Below are positions 14,088 through 28,200 of a stretch of 64,000 bases of DNA, piece after piece; within the stretch, counting starts at the first letter, position 1, and the number at the start of each line of letters is the position of its first letter. This stretch comes from Geosiphon pyriformis uo1 (taxonomy: Eukaryota; Fungi; Glomeromycota), in NCBI GenBank assembly GCA_016748015.1, contig JAAOMT010000299.1:905090-969089 (forward strand), written 5' to 3'. The position numbers and the translations under genes were made by a program. A model generated the notes under the pieces. The model worked only from the letters and a program-made list of their open reading frames with translations, had not been told where the DNA came from and did no database searches.

Positions 14088-14913
14088 TATTACAGGTAAT
14101 TATTTGGGTCTTAAAGCAAATAACAAACCCGTAATTTGATGTTCAATTAATAATCTGAATAGTAGTATCTGAAAGTATTACAATCTGAAGGTTTTGTTGT
14201 GGAGTTCTTTGTATAATGAACAGAAATTTAATAGTTGTTTTCAGTAGTCTTTTGGAATCACAATTTCATCCAATTTCTTTCTCAGTATAGTGGCTGGTAA
14301 TCTGGCAGAGATGCCCTTCTAGTAAGCTATCCTTAAATTATCAAACTTTATACTCTTCTTTTGGGGTCTTTTACCAGACTATCTTTAATGTTAATAATTC
14401 AGCACTTTTCTCTTTAATTAATTAGTAAACAAAGAAATAACAAAAAAAAATGAAAAGAAAAACAAATGAAAGAAAATAAAAAGATAAGCTAAGGCAATGA
14501 GTATTAGTATCCCGTCAATAGTCATAATCAAGAGCTATTGTTCCAGTGTGGTTAAGTATTAATTACTATCAACATGAAGTATTGATAGTAGGAGTAGATT
14601 GAAATAGTGAATAATTATTTATTAATATTTTGTGAATGAGAGGTTGTTTAAATCAAATCTAAACTGAGGGGTCTGTCTTTTCTTTTTCTAATGCTATTGA
14701 TATATATATATAATCGAGATTTCTCAATTCTTCAATTCTTTACACCAAGAATTCTGGAATTCCTGGAATCCTGCAATTCCTTGTACAAGAATCCTGAAAT
14801 TCCTGAAATTCTGCAATTCCTTTGAAAAGAATCCTGGAATTCCACATTTACTACGGCTACTTCTGATTGGCTAATTTATATGCTAATATATCTTTTATAT
14901 TCTATAAGTAACA
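14088..14913 (-). repeat. 5' LTR of E2 (about 826 bp), followed by PBS at about 14070-14085
   Basis: Starts TGTTAC at 14913 and ends CCTGTAATA, then TT-TGGTACTCCTTGTAAG. Contains about 9-bp GAATTCCTG-type tandem repeats at 14720-14845. Confidence 0.85.
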
Positions 14914-15858
14914 GTATACAATAATATTAGATAACACATTATAACTTAAAATAGTACAGAATAATGCATTACAATATAAGATAACACAAAATAACACTAA
15001 ATAACATATTATAATGTAGGATAACTAATAATAACATAAAAAAATGAAGTAATAACAGAAATAGCAAAGCAATAGTTAGCAATAATAAAACAATCAGAAG
15101 TAATGTTGTAAAACCAAAAGAATGTATAAAAATAAGTAATTATAGAAGATAAAAAAAAACAGATAGATACAAACTACTAAATAAGAATTAATCCCTACTC
15201 TTTACCTATTTTTTTAATCACACTAAATAAACTCAATATAGACTTATCAACAGAAATTCAAAAAGCATAAATACATGTTTTTTGAATTTTTACATTCTAA
15301 TTGAATTAAACTTTGTTTTGTACTTTTGTTTCAGGCCTGATGCTCTTAGCATAAACGCCTCGAATCATTAACAACTTGGACAAATTGCTCTTGATTACAG
15401 TGATTGACAATACTAATTTTTCTTTTTTCTTCATTTTTCTTCTTTTTCTTTCTTTCTTTTTTTTCTTTAGTGAAGTGACAACATAAAAAAATTGACTGTC
15501 TGGAAATAGATTTTGTGATAGCCTGGTAAAAGAAAGAAGCTCCTCCTAGGTTTTTGGATATTAATATTATCTTGATAGCTTACCAAAAAGGCAAAAAGAC
15601 AATGCCAAACTCTAACAACTGTGCTTGTTAGCTTGGAAAAAAAAGCTCATCTTTATAAGAAGTTGTAATCAGCAAGAACTAAAACTCTGTGTCTTATAAC
15701 CAAAGAACTCAATAAGTAAATTCACAACCAGTAAAATAAGATCTTTAGAGACTAATAATCAAAGATTAAGCCACTGGAATTACATAAAACATGCATTATC
15801 AATAATTAAGAACACCAAACATTACTATTTCCCTACCCCACCAAGTTTATCCATAACA
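14914..15858 (+). repeat. Type B LTR missing its first ~70 bp (cut by E2), itself inserted in the 5' LTR of E3
   Basis: Aligns with the reverse complement of the solo LTR 9518-10520 in the 12-bp repeat region and the 3' half. Ends CCATAACA at 15858. Confidence 0.8.
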
Positions 15859-18800
15859 CCACCATACTGAAAAAAAAATTCACAAAAGAAATTATTAATT
15901 AAATTTCTGTCTATTATACAAAGAACTCAACTAAAATCTTTAAATTTTAAAACCTTTAGAAATTACTAATATTTCCAGCTATTAAGCATTAAATTACAGA
16001 TTTGTTATTTGTTCTAATATCTCAAATAATTACCTGTAATATTTGATGCTTCTTGTAAAATATAATCTAACAAAAAACCAGCATCAATATTAACTATCTA
16101 AAAAAGTGGCAGACCAAGAAATCATAAAAGAAAATTATTTAAAATTTGTAAAATCTTTATTTTAATATTATCAAACTCATCTCAGACTAACAAGTAACTA
16201 TTGGCCAGCAAAATTAGCTTTTAACATCTATGTTAATGAAAAAATTAAATTTTACTTGGAAAACCAAAGAAATTTAGAAACTGCTATCAAAATTTTTTAC
16301 AGTAAATTACTCCAAAGCACCACACTTTTACAAAATCATTTGTTTGCTCCACTAATTACAAAAATAAATCAAGAAATTGAGAATTACATCCAACAAAAAT
16401 TTCTTATTATCTTTACAGACAAAGAAAAATTACAAACTTTAGTAGAAACACCAAGAAAAATATAACTGCTTACTTGAAAAAAACCAAGAGTTATTTTATT
16501 TATTTACCTGTTATACTATTATATACTAAAGAGTACTATCTACATACCATGCAAATTCACATCACTATTAACTGTAAAAACACTATTATCTAGAATACTA
16601 TTTCAAAATAATCAAAAAAAAGCCAAACTATTAAGAACCTATGATAATTTTTTTAAAGGATTTAAATTATGATTAACAATACTATTAAAACTTTAATTAC
16701 CACCACCTCAACCAAATTTCGAATCTACCAATCATTGGAAAAATACCAAATCAAAAAAAGTAAAAGACAGCAATTAAGGAAATAATAATTAAAACCTGAT
16801 CTTAATTAATCTAGAAATTATAACTTCAATTGTTTAAATCGAACCAAATCCAAAAAATCTAAACTCCACTTTCATTATTCATCAAGACTTACTTTCAGTT
16901 ATTATGATCAATCCATCAGTTGCACTAATTACCACACAATAACAATTACAATAACAATTATTACTTGTACTAATGGCCTATACACTAATCACAAAACTTG
17001 AGAAATTTATTAGCAAAGAAGACAATATCCAAGCTTAGTTAAATAACATAGCCAAAGCAATTACTGCCAATAATTGAGATAATATTAAAGCTCTCTAAAC
17101 AATTTCATACTTTTTTTAATATACTGCTAACTCATAATATTAAAGTTTAGCCAATAAGCTGTAAATATTCAACATGTTCAAAATTAAGTTTTTATAATAT
17201 TTTAATAATAATAATAGTATTAATTGCCTATTAATTGGTTTTACCACAATCAAGCAAGGTAATACAAAAGCAATTACTACTTATTTGGAATGCTTTCATA
17301 GAAATTTGCACCAAATTCAAGCAATTAATGCAAATTATCTTACAGTAGCACAGATTCTAAACCAGTTTATTTATAAATTATATAGTAGTTTATTATAATA
17401 AATACACTTATTGTATCTAAATACTTTTTAAGATACAGTAATTTACACTAGAGATTTTAAATTGGCCAAACTCAAAGCCAACCATGCCCAAGCCATAAAT
17501 CTAGTAATAAATAAATTATCTGAATTGGATACCAAATTAAAACAATTTGGCAAAATCATTAATCAGAAAATTAAGAGATATTTAGTTAATAATCAAGCCA
17601 TTTATTAGCTTTTTTAATGTTATAAAAATCAAGAAAGCTTTAATTGTTTTCAAAATCAGTCATATTTATTATTATTAACAAATTAATAATGACAACAAAA
17701 AATATGTAATTGTTACTATTGTGATAAACAAGATTATCTAAAAGCAAATTGCTGTTTCAGATTCAATAACCAATAATTGGAAATCAATATTAAAACCCCA
17801 ATCACTGGTTTTAAACTTTGAATTATACTTTAAATTAAAAACAATATTAATATCAGCTTTCTTATACCTTGATAATGCAATAATCAATATAGTTATTTCC
17901 AATCTATCAGATTTCAGCACCAGTAATATATTAGCCACAGCCACAAATAATTTATCAATTCCAACAACTACCAACATTGTTATAAAACTTAACTTAAATG
18001 TTAATTGGCAGCCAAAAACCAAAAATTGCACACATCCAACAAAATTGAAAATTGGTAATAATAATATATTAACCAATCTCCAATTTATTACACCAGCCAT
18101 TAAAATTATGCTAATGGAATTTGGAAAGTGAATACATCTAAAACCCGAATTCTTAGAACTATTTAAGTCTTTTAGTTACTTCAAAAAATGCCCAATTTAA
18201 TAACTTGAAACAGCCAAAACAACCACTTACCCATAATATTTTACCAGCAATAATCACTAAAGATAAATTATTTACAGCTATCTTTTTTTTCGAATTAGAA
18301 AAATTAATAACAATACCTCTATTTAGTAGAACTGCTTTTAATATCAAATTAATTACTGCTATATACACTAATACTTAAGTCAATGACCAATCTATTAAGC
18401 TAATCTTTAATAGTAAATTAGCAGACAGCATTATTACATAACAACTCATAGACAAATTAAGTTACTGAGTTGATTGTACTGCCAGCACCAAAATTATTAC
18501 TGCTAATAAAGCCATTAAGACTCTTATTGGCAAAATTAACAACTTTTTTTTTGAAGTCAATAGTATTATTATACCTATTAAAGTTTTTATTATAAAAGCC
18601 ATATAGTACTAAGCTCTTATTAGTAATAACTGGCTGTTTAAGACCAATACTATGTTTAATTGAACCACTCAAGAGCTTCAGTTTAGTCAAAATAGTCAGT
18701 ACACTTGGATACCAGCTATCTGCAGTTATTTTAAAACAAATACTATTATTTAATTACTACTAATTGAGTTTGAAGAAAAAAAAAAAAATTTTTCTAGAAA

Positions 18801-19093
18801 GTCTATTAAGTTTTGTAAACTAACAATGACTACAATGAACTACTATTCATATTTTCTTGAGATAAAAAGAAAAAAAGAAAAGAGAAAAATAAACCACAAG
18901 TTATCACTACTACTAAAAAAACAGCCAACAATTAATATATATACTTAATAGAACTAAAAAAAAACCACCTTATATTTTACTTAGATGTATTAACTATAAT
19001 AAAAAGCTTTCTTCCATGGGAGCTTGGATCTTATTTGGAGAGAACTACTAAGCACATACTTACTATTACTGTAAGTCATACTATTGAGAATAT
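15859..19093 (+). mobile_element. Ty3/Gypsy E3 (subfamily A) fragment: LTR 3' part, PBS, gag, protease, start of Cys-rich domain
   Basis: LTR ends at 16041, followed by a decayed PBS TGATGCTTCTTGTAA. gag and protease remnants are collinear with E2, E4 and E5. Interrupted at 19093 by the E4 LTR. Confidence 0.82.
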
Positions 19094-22000
19094 TATTACT
19101 TATAAAAAAAAGTACAAGAAAAAAAATAAAAAAAACAGATAGAAAAAATAGAAAAATAGTACTTAGCAAAGGAGCACAATATTAAAAAATTATGACATAT
19201 TGTTTAACAATGGGCATATTGTCAATAAATTATGGTATATTTCTCAGCAATAAACACATTGTCAGAAAATCATGGCATATTGTTTAACAATAAGCACATT
19301 GTTAAAAAAAATAGGACATATTGTTTAAAAAAATGTAAAATTTCATATAACAAGAATTATCTATATATAACAAGAGCATTAAAAGCAAAAAAGGCAGAAT
19401 TAATACAAACAAAATCAGTAAAACTCATTAATTATCCAATACTTCTTCCTTTAAAAGATAGTTTTTTACAACTTAAAGTGGAATTAATTTACCTATAAAT
19501 AAAATATTAATTATTATCTAAAATCCATGTTATTATTACTTAATTAAGAAATATTAATTAATTTCACATTATTAACACTTTATGTTAATAGAATTCAAGA
19601 CTTAATTATACTGGACTAATAGCTTTTGATTACAACTATTAACAAAATACTAATTTTTTATTTTCTTTTATTTTTCTTTGTTTCATTTTTTTTGTTGTTT
19701 GCTAATTAATTAAAGAGATTAAGCACTGAGTATTTGACATTAAGAATAGCCTGGTTAAAAATCTGGGAATAAAAATAGAAATTTAAAAATAGCTTATCAA
19801 AAGAACATAACTGCTAAAATAAACTGGCCATTATGTTAAAAAAAAAATTCATGGAAGAAATCATCAATTAAATCTCTGTCTATTATATAAAAAACTCAAC
19901 CAAAATCTTTAGAAATTACCAACATAATCAACTATTGAGCATTAAGTTATGAGTTTGTTATTTGTTCTAATATCTTAAATAATTACCTGTAATATTTGGT
20001 GTTCTTTGTAAAATATAATCTAACAGAGAACCAGCACCAACATTAACCATTTGGAAAAGTGGCAAACCAAAAAATTATAGAAGAAAATTATTTAGGATTT
20101 GTAAAATTATTATATTAACATTACCAAATCTACTTGAAACTAACAAGTAATAATTGATTAGCAGAATTAGCTTTTAATTTCTATGTCAATAAAAAATTAA
20201 ATTCTACTTAAAAAACCAAGAAGATTTAAAAGCTGCTTTTAACAATTTTACAATGAATTATTTCAAAGCACTATACTTCTACCAAATTATTTGTTTGTAC
20301 TATTAATCATAAAAATAAACAAAGAAATTGGAAAATATAACCAACAAAGATTTTTTATTATCTTTGCAAATAAGAAAAATTTACAAACTTCAACAAAAAC
20401 ACCAAGGAAAAAACAACCACTTAATTGAAAAAAACCAAAAGTTGTTTTACTTATTTACCTATTATATTATTATATACCAGGAAGTACTATACACATACTA
20501 TCAGGATTTATATTACCATTAACTGCGAAAACACTATTATTCAGAATACTATTTCAAAATAATCAAGAAAAAGCTAAATTATTAAAAATCTATGACAATT
20601 ATTTTAAAGGATTTAGATCATAATCAACAATACCATTGGGACTTCAATTATTGTCATTTCAATCAAATTTTGGATCTACTAGTTATTAGAAAAATACCAA
20701 TATAGAAAAGAAAGACAGCAATCAGAAAAATAATAATCAAAATCTAATTCTAAATAACTTGAAAATACAAACTCTAATTGTTCCAACTCTGCCAAATCTG
20801 AATAATTTGAATCTCACTCCTATTATTCAGTAAGACTTATTTTTAGTTATTGTGATCAATCCACCTGTTGCACCAATTGTTCTACTATAATAACAATCTT
20901 AACAACAACTGCAACAATAATAACTAACACCAATAGCATATACACTTATTGCCAAACTCAAAAAATTTATTGGTATAGAGAACAATGCTTAAACATAATT
21001 GAATAACATTATCAAAGTGATTACAGCCAATAATTGAGATGATGCCAGAGCTTTTTAAGCCATTCTTTATTTTTTACAAGATACTGCCAACTTATGGTAT
21101 TAGAATCTTATCAACAAGTGACAAATTTTTAACACATTTAAAACTGCATTTTTATAATACTTTAGTAATTACAACAGCATCAATTGGTTATTAACTAGTT
21201 TTGTCACAATTAAACAAAACAATATTAAAGCAGTCACTACTTATTTAAAATACTTTCACAAAAATTCGTGCCAAATACAGACAATTTAAGCTGATTACTT
21301 TACTGAAACACAAATCTTGAACCAGTTTATTTACAGATTATACAGTAGTTTGTTACAATAAGTATGTCTAATGCATCTAAATACTCACTAAAATGCAGTC
21401 ACACATGTCAAAAATTTTGAATCAACCAAACTTAAAACCAACTATGCCCAAGCCATAAACTTAGTGATAAACAAATCATCTGAATTGAATATCAAATTAA
21501 AGCAATTTAATAAAGCCATTAATCAGAAAATTGAGGAATACTTAGTTAACAATTAAGCAATTTATTAGTCTTCACAATGTTTTAACAATTAAAAAAACTC
21601 TAATTATTCCCAAAATCAATCACATCTATTATCTTTATTAACCAATCAATTATGGCAGCAAAAAATATGTATCTGTCATTATTGTAATAAACAAAAACAC
21701 TTAAAATTAGACTCCATACAAGATTAAATAACCAATAATCAGGAAATCAATATTAAAATTCTAATTGCTGGTTTCAAACTCTAAATTATATCCTAAATCA
21801 AGAACAATATCAATTTTATTATATTTTAATGATACAATAACCAATATATTTACTTTTAGTATATCAAACTTCAGCATCAGTCATCTATCAGTTGCAGTAA
21901 TAAGTTATTTATCAATTACAACTAATTCAAATACCACCACAAAATCTAGTTCAAATGTCAATCAGCAACCAAAGACTAAGAATTACTCACATACAACAGA

Positions 22001-23913
22001 ATTAGAGATTGGCAATAGTAATATACTAACTAATTCTCAGTTCATTAAATCAATTATTAAGATTATACCAATGGAGTTTAGAAAGTAAGTACACTCAAAA
22101 CTCGAATTTCCAGAACAATTTAAGTCTTTTAATTATTCCAGAAACCAACTCATCTAACAACTTAAAAAGCCCAACAATACTACTTATTAACAACATTTTA
22201 TCAGCAACTATTACTGAAAACAAGTCACTTGCAGTCATATTTTTCTTCAAATTAGCAGAATCAGCCACAACATCTCTATTCAATAGAGCCATTCTTGACA
22301 CTAAACTCATTACTGCCATGTATACTAATATTAAAATTAATGGCTACTTTATCAAACTAATTTTTGATAATAGTTTAGCAGACAGCATTATTACATAATA
22401 ACTTATGGACCAATTAAGTTGCCAAGTTAATTACACTGCCAGTGCCAAAATTATTATCACTAATAAAATAATAAAAACTTCTATAGGTGAAATTAATAAT
22501 TTTTTATTTGAAGTTAATAATATCACAGCATTTATCAAAGTTCTTGTGATAGAAGCCATATAATACCAAGCTCTTATTAATAATAACTGATTGTCCAAGA
22601 CCAACACTGTATTTGACTGGACCACACAAGAGCTACAACTTAGTCAAGATGATCAGCAAACTTAAATACCAGTTATCTGTGGACATTTTAAAGCTTCTTC
22701 AAAAGAGCAATCATTAATCAAGCTAAAGAAAAAGAAAAAAAAATTTACTTGAGAAGTTTATTAAGTTTTGTAAGCTAAAAATAAACACAACAAATTATTG
22801 TTGATATTCTTTGAAATAATAATAAAAAAAAAAAAAATGATAAGCCAAAAGCTATTACTACCACCAAAAAAATAACCAGTGGCTAAAATAGATCATACTT
22901 TATGGATACAAAGAAAAAACCATTTTATATTCCACTAAAATGTATTAATTATAAAAAAAGCTTTTTTCTATAAGAGCTTGGATCTTATTAGACAAAAACT
23001 ATTAAACACATACTTATTACTATTGTAAACCATACCACTAAGAATGTTTTAATTATTTTAAATAACAAAAAAAGTAAAACAACAAATTATGTTTTATTTG
23101 TAAGGAAATACTACTTGATAAAAAAATATAGAATAATATTTCTGGTCAAAAAAAAATGTGTAACACATAGTATTAATACACAATTCTTATCAGTAACTGA
23201 ATAAGCCAAGGAATGCCTTTTAATGCTGCATAAAACTGAGCATTTTTACACTTGAACAGTTATCTACATAACAAAAATGAAATTTAGTAAATAACAAGTG
23301 CTAAAATTAAAGATGCTTTATCCAATAAAATACTTGCCATCAAAAACAACCCACCAAAATCTGTTAAAACCATTTTTATTCTCAATCTAAATGCATTTAT
23401 TGACATCCTAAACAATTTAAAACAATTCTACAAATACTACTAAGAGTTAACATTCATTAGAGAAAAACAAAAGCAGCATTTGAAACAGTTAAATACAAAA
23501 CTTTATAAATATTATATAATTTCCAGTGACTTCAAATATTGTAATGATTGTAATCTCATCTATAATCTACTATCATACATGATTTATTTAATCCTCAAAA
23601 AAAACCTTTTAATTAGCAAATACACATTAAAATTAAACTCTAAATTTAATCACAATTCAGACTCCAACAATAATAATAACAATAGTTCTAACTTCATTTA
23701 CTATTGCGATAACAATAATGACAAATTGAATTTCAATCACCATTTTAAACAGTATATTTTACTTTCAAATTTTTTAATAAAATAGGAACTCAAATAGTTT
23801 AGTAATAATAATAAAGATATTATACCAGAATGTACACATAATACTAATGCAGAGTTTGATCTTAGGTATTTAGAAAAAACTGCTATTAGATTGAAACCTT
23901 ATTTACACACTAG

Positions 23914-25278
23914 GCTTTGGATATTGATCTCGTGGCTGTTGTTGGGAAATCATCTCAGGAGAAATTGAACTTTGTCAAAAAAAATTTTTCAGGTGTGAAT
24001 GGTTTTGAGAGGGCCTCTACTTCCTCAAAATTTGGTGGAATCATCTGGGCATTTTTCACTTCCAAAAAAGCAATGATGGTGGCTGCTCAATTGGCAAATG
24101 ATTGTGGTGTTGTGGTAAACACTAATCTTAAGTGCCCCATCAACAATCGTATGAATCAGGCAATTGTGTTAAAAAAAATTCCTGTGGGAACTTCCATCGA
24201 GGCAGTGCGTGCAGCCATTTCTGAATTTGGGCTTATTAAGTTGATCAAAATGCAGTTGGTGGGTCTATGACAAAAGGCAATCATTGAATTGGAGGATCAA
24301 ATTTAGACTGATCTCTTGGCAGCTAAGTGGTCCGTCTTTATTGGGAAAGATGCAGTGCGTGTGGCCCAGACCAATGTTGACAAACAGACATGGGATGCCA
24401 GAGATAAGTTCAGAGCTTTGCTTTACATTCTCCCTATGGGCACCACCGCTCATGATCTTTGGGACTTTATTGGTTCAGTTGGTGGAAAAACATGTGTTAT
24501 TGAATGCAGCTCTGTCAGTTATGTCCGGGCACGCTGTGCCACTGTGTGCTTCAATTTTGAGGATAGCCTTATTCAGGCAATGGCAAATACTCCTGTTATA
24601 AAAGGCGTTGGTCTCCGATGGTCTCGTTTAACCACTGTACTGTGCTCAATTTGCAGAAATTCCAGTTATACATCTCTCACTTGTCGTACTGCTGGTGTGT
24701 TCTCAAGTCTTAAGAGCAAGAGAGCTCCTCACTCAGCTCAGGATCAGCTCTGTCTGGCTAAGATATATGAAAAAAAATCTGCCCCCATTTCCTGTCCTTT
24801 GGCTTTTGGTAGAAAAACTTGGGCCTCTGTGGTTGGTAAACCACTCCTATTAGCATCATTTAGTGATTCAGCTCAATCTGGTTCCGTATTTTATGGTAAA
24901 CCTCTTCTGACTGTTAGTGGTAAATTGGAAGACCATTTGAAGAATATTGAGAGCAGTCTTGTCAGCCTCATGGGACAAATTGGTGAGTTGGCTAAGAGGT
25001 TAGACTCATTTATGCTGGCAGTTTCCCAGTCTAGCCCTGGATGTCAGCTGCTGGTGACTCCCCCATTGCAGAATCAAGGGGAGGATATAGTAATGGGAGT
25101 GGGTTCAGGTGATGCCACTAGTGACAAGACTGCTGCTGTTCTTGGTTCAACTGCCTCACCTGAGGTTGTGAAATTGGAAAACATGTTGGAGAGTCTCTCT
25201 GCTTCGGTTATGAGCTTATTGGTGTGCTTGGATGGTTTGGTTTTGACTGGTGGTGCTCTTCCTCTACCTTATTTTTAA
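23914..25278 (+). pseudogene. LINE ORF1 (5'-truncated; RRM-like region, single CCHC knuckle, coiled-coil-like C-terminus)
   Basis: ORFs 23917-24270 and 24316-25278 are in one frame, separated by point-mutation stops. Knuckle CSICRNSSYTSLTC matches CVKCENLNHMSLDC in copy 3. Confidence 0.8.
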
Positions 25279-28200
25279 TGAATGGTCTGGTATAGAAGAT
25301 TGCTACATGTAATGTTTGTGGGTTGAACAATCCTGCGAAGCAAGATGATGTCATTCATTGGCACAGAGATATGAACAATTTGGTTTCAATTGTTACTAAG
25401 ACAAAGTTAAAAGATAGAGTTTGGCCTTGAATTGCTAATAAATTTGATGGTGTTCAGGTCTTTGTTTCTGGTTTGGATTCTGGTTACCTTGGTTCTGGTG
25501 TGGCGATCATTATGAACAACACTCTGGTGAAACATGTATATAAAGTTGTTGAGGTTCTTGGACGACTTTTGTCTGTCAAGTTGCTCTTCAGAAATAAGCT
25601 CTCGGTGTTGATTCTGGATTTGTATGCGAGTGCTTCAGTGTTTGCACACTTTTCACAAGCAGATAAGATAAACTCTTTGATTGTTAAAGCTGTTAATGAG
25701 TCATCTTTTGTGATATTAGGTGGTAATTTCAATAAAGATGGCTCTCACAGGTGTGCTAGTTTCAGGAAATGTTTTGATTTGGGTTTGGTCAATGTCTTGG
25801 GAGGAAGTTTGTTTGGGAGGAATGCGATTTAAACCAATTTTCGATGGGTGGCCAAAGTTATTGATTACATGTCTGTGTCATCAAGCTTGGTCAATGCAAT
25901 CTTAGATCAAAGTGTAACTGGGGTTAATGAATATTTCAATACTGATTATAGGGCTGTTGCTGTTTCCATGAACCTGGGTGGTCTTTTGGATGTTAATTTG
26001 ATGTCTCTTTACAAGCAGACAAATAAGAATCGGTGGAAGTTCAATTTTAAGGATGCTACGGCTGCCAAATGGGCTGCATTCAAGGAATCTTCTGCTGTCA
26101 CTGCAGTGATGTTTAAGTGTGAGTTTGATGCTGCTCTATTGTTTCTAGATCTGGATGCTATGTGGGATGTCGTTTGCAAAATTGTGTGCTTATCAGCGAG
26201 TGATATTTTCAAAAAAAAATGGTTCAAGGGTTATGATAATGTGTTTACTAAGGAATCTTCTAAGTTTCACAAGCTAGAACTTTTGGTGTCTAAACTAGTT
26301 AAAGCATCACGTTTAGTTTCTTCTGAAGAATTTGTTGTACTACTGAGTACATGGAATTCGTTGGATGCTATAAATGCTTCTGTGATGGAGTCTCTTTTTC
26401 TTTCAGGATCACATTTTGAGGTCATAAGATCTGTTTTGTTCAGAGTCAGGAAGTTGTATCATTCCTCTAAATTGTCCAAGTCAAAGTGTGCTGAAGAATC
26501 TCGTATCAGATCAGCAGTTAGTAGGAGGATGGAAAGTTTTGAGGTGGATAAGGGTCATACAATTAGGAGTGTGCTAGAGCGCCCCTTTTACAAGGTGGTA
26601 TTGGATCATTTGGTTGTCGATGATAAACTGGTTTTGGATCCTAGTTTGGTTAAATCTAAGGTGAATGTTATCATGGAAGGCTGGACCAGAAAACGCGAGT
26701 TGGTTGCTGATGTCTCTGCTGATTGGTGTCACTAGTACCAACCCTTGGAGTACATATTTGATGAGGCATTTTCGAGAATAATGGACCCTATTAGTTCTGT
26801 TGAGTTGCTTGGTGTTGTGTCAGACTTGCCTAATGATAAAGCTGCTGGTTTGTCTGGTATTTCGAATGAGCTTTGGAAGCATTGTAACGAATTGGTTCTG
26901 GATATGTTGTTGGTGCTCTTGAATTCTTGTTTGCTCCATAAGTCAGTTTCTGATCCTTGGAGGGAAGCTTGGGTGTCTATGATCCCCAAACCTTATGAGT
27001 GAAAGGGAGTTCTTATGAACACCTGACCCATTGCTTTGATTGAAACTGCTCGTAAGATCCTTTCAAAAATCCTTTCAGACAGGATTTCTTTGGCGTGCAA
27101 TACTCACAATGTTCTCCGTGAGAACAATTTTTCTGTTTTGAAGGGCACGACGACACAGTCTCCTATCTTTGCTGTCAGCTTTGTGGTTGAGGATGCTCTG
27201 GAAAAGAACCGTGAGCTTTGGCTGGTATTGCAGGACATGAAGAAGGCCTATGATTCTGTTGGCTGGGAGCAATTGAAAAGGAGTCTAATTAGGATTAAGA
27301 TGTATGGCAGGTTCATTCAATTTTTTGGTAGCATTTACAATAACCAAGTCAACCGAGTAATGACTGACTTTGGCTTAACTAATGGTTATCAAGTCCATGA
27401 TGGTCTCAATCAAGAGGAAGTGTTCTCATCTCTTCTTTGGCATATATTTTATGATTCTCTTTTGTGTGAAGTCAAGAGGCAAGAAGAATTTTGTGGATAT
27501 AGGTTGAATTCTTATTTTATTGCTAAAACTGGCTGTGTTGAACCTCAAGCTGGTTTTTCTTTTTTCTTTGCGGCTGGTGCTTTTGTAGACGATACAATTT
27601 GGGTCAGCTGCAGTCAGGCTGCAACACAACATATTCTCAATGTTGCTAGTAATTTTTTTAGAATTAATGATATTTCAATTAACAATGACAAAACAGTGGC
27701 AATTCCCATTAACTGTAGGGTTGTGAGCCCCTTTTTGACAATCAGTGGTTCACCAATTTCTATTGCCAAGAAAGGGGAACTTCACTGGTATTTGGGCATC
27801 TTTCTGTCTACGGATGGTTTGTTAAAGTCCAGTTTGGCCAAGGCACATTCAAATGTCCGGTTTTTCACCAATCTCGTCCTGAAAAAGACCATCTCTAATA
27901 AGCAGTTCTTGTATTTGGTTTTGGTGGTTCTTCAACCTATTGTCAATTATAGAATGCAGTTTAGTTTTGTTCCACTTAGTATTTGCTGTAAATGGAACAC
28001 TCTAATTTGTAAAGGCTTCAAATCTAAGGCGGGTCTTCCTTTGGACTTTCCTAATGATGCTCTTTATCATTCATCCCTTTATGGCTTAAAGACTTTTAAG
28101 CAGATTCAGGCTAAGAGTAAGTTGGCGTCCGTAGTGTGTTTTGCCAATGCTGTTGGGATCCTGGGTCAGTTGTTTTTCCATAGGTCTCATGACTTACAGA

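Larger units (their letters stand above)
7692..14913 (-). mobile_element. Ty3/Gypsy E2 (subfamily A): 5' LTR, PBS, gag, protease, Cys-rich domain, dUTPase, N-terminal half of RT; 3'-truncated at the YxDD motif
   Basis: Capsid fragment 12562-12825, protease LILNSRSADSII at 11566-11958, dUTPase in ORF 8269-9219 (RSSLA-like, GIIDAGY, KIVQAI). RT ends VVIYLND at about 7692. Confidence 0.9.

Noticed and set aside
1765-14913. E1 plus E2 as one intact element bounded by an LTR pair
   Set aside because: The two LTRs have different U3 arrays, there is no shared TSD, and the internal domains are duplicated.
17738-18690. Short antisense ORFs over gag/protease regions (also 11438-11851, 53394-53666 and similar)
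   Set aside because: Shadow ORFs on the opposite strand of retroelement coding sequence, not conserved between copies.
19190-19330. Regularly spaced ~20-bp repeats resembling a CRISPR array
   Set aside because: No unique spacers and no cas genes. They are tandem units inside an LTR in eukaryotic DNA.
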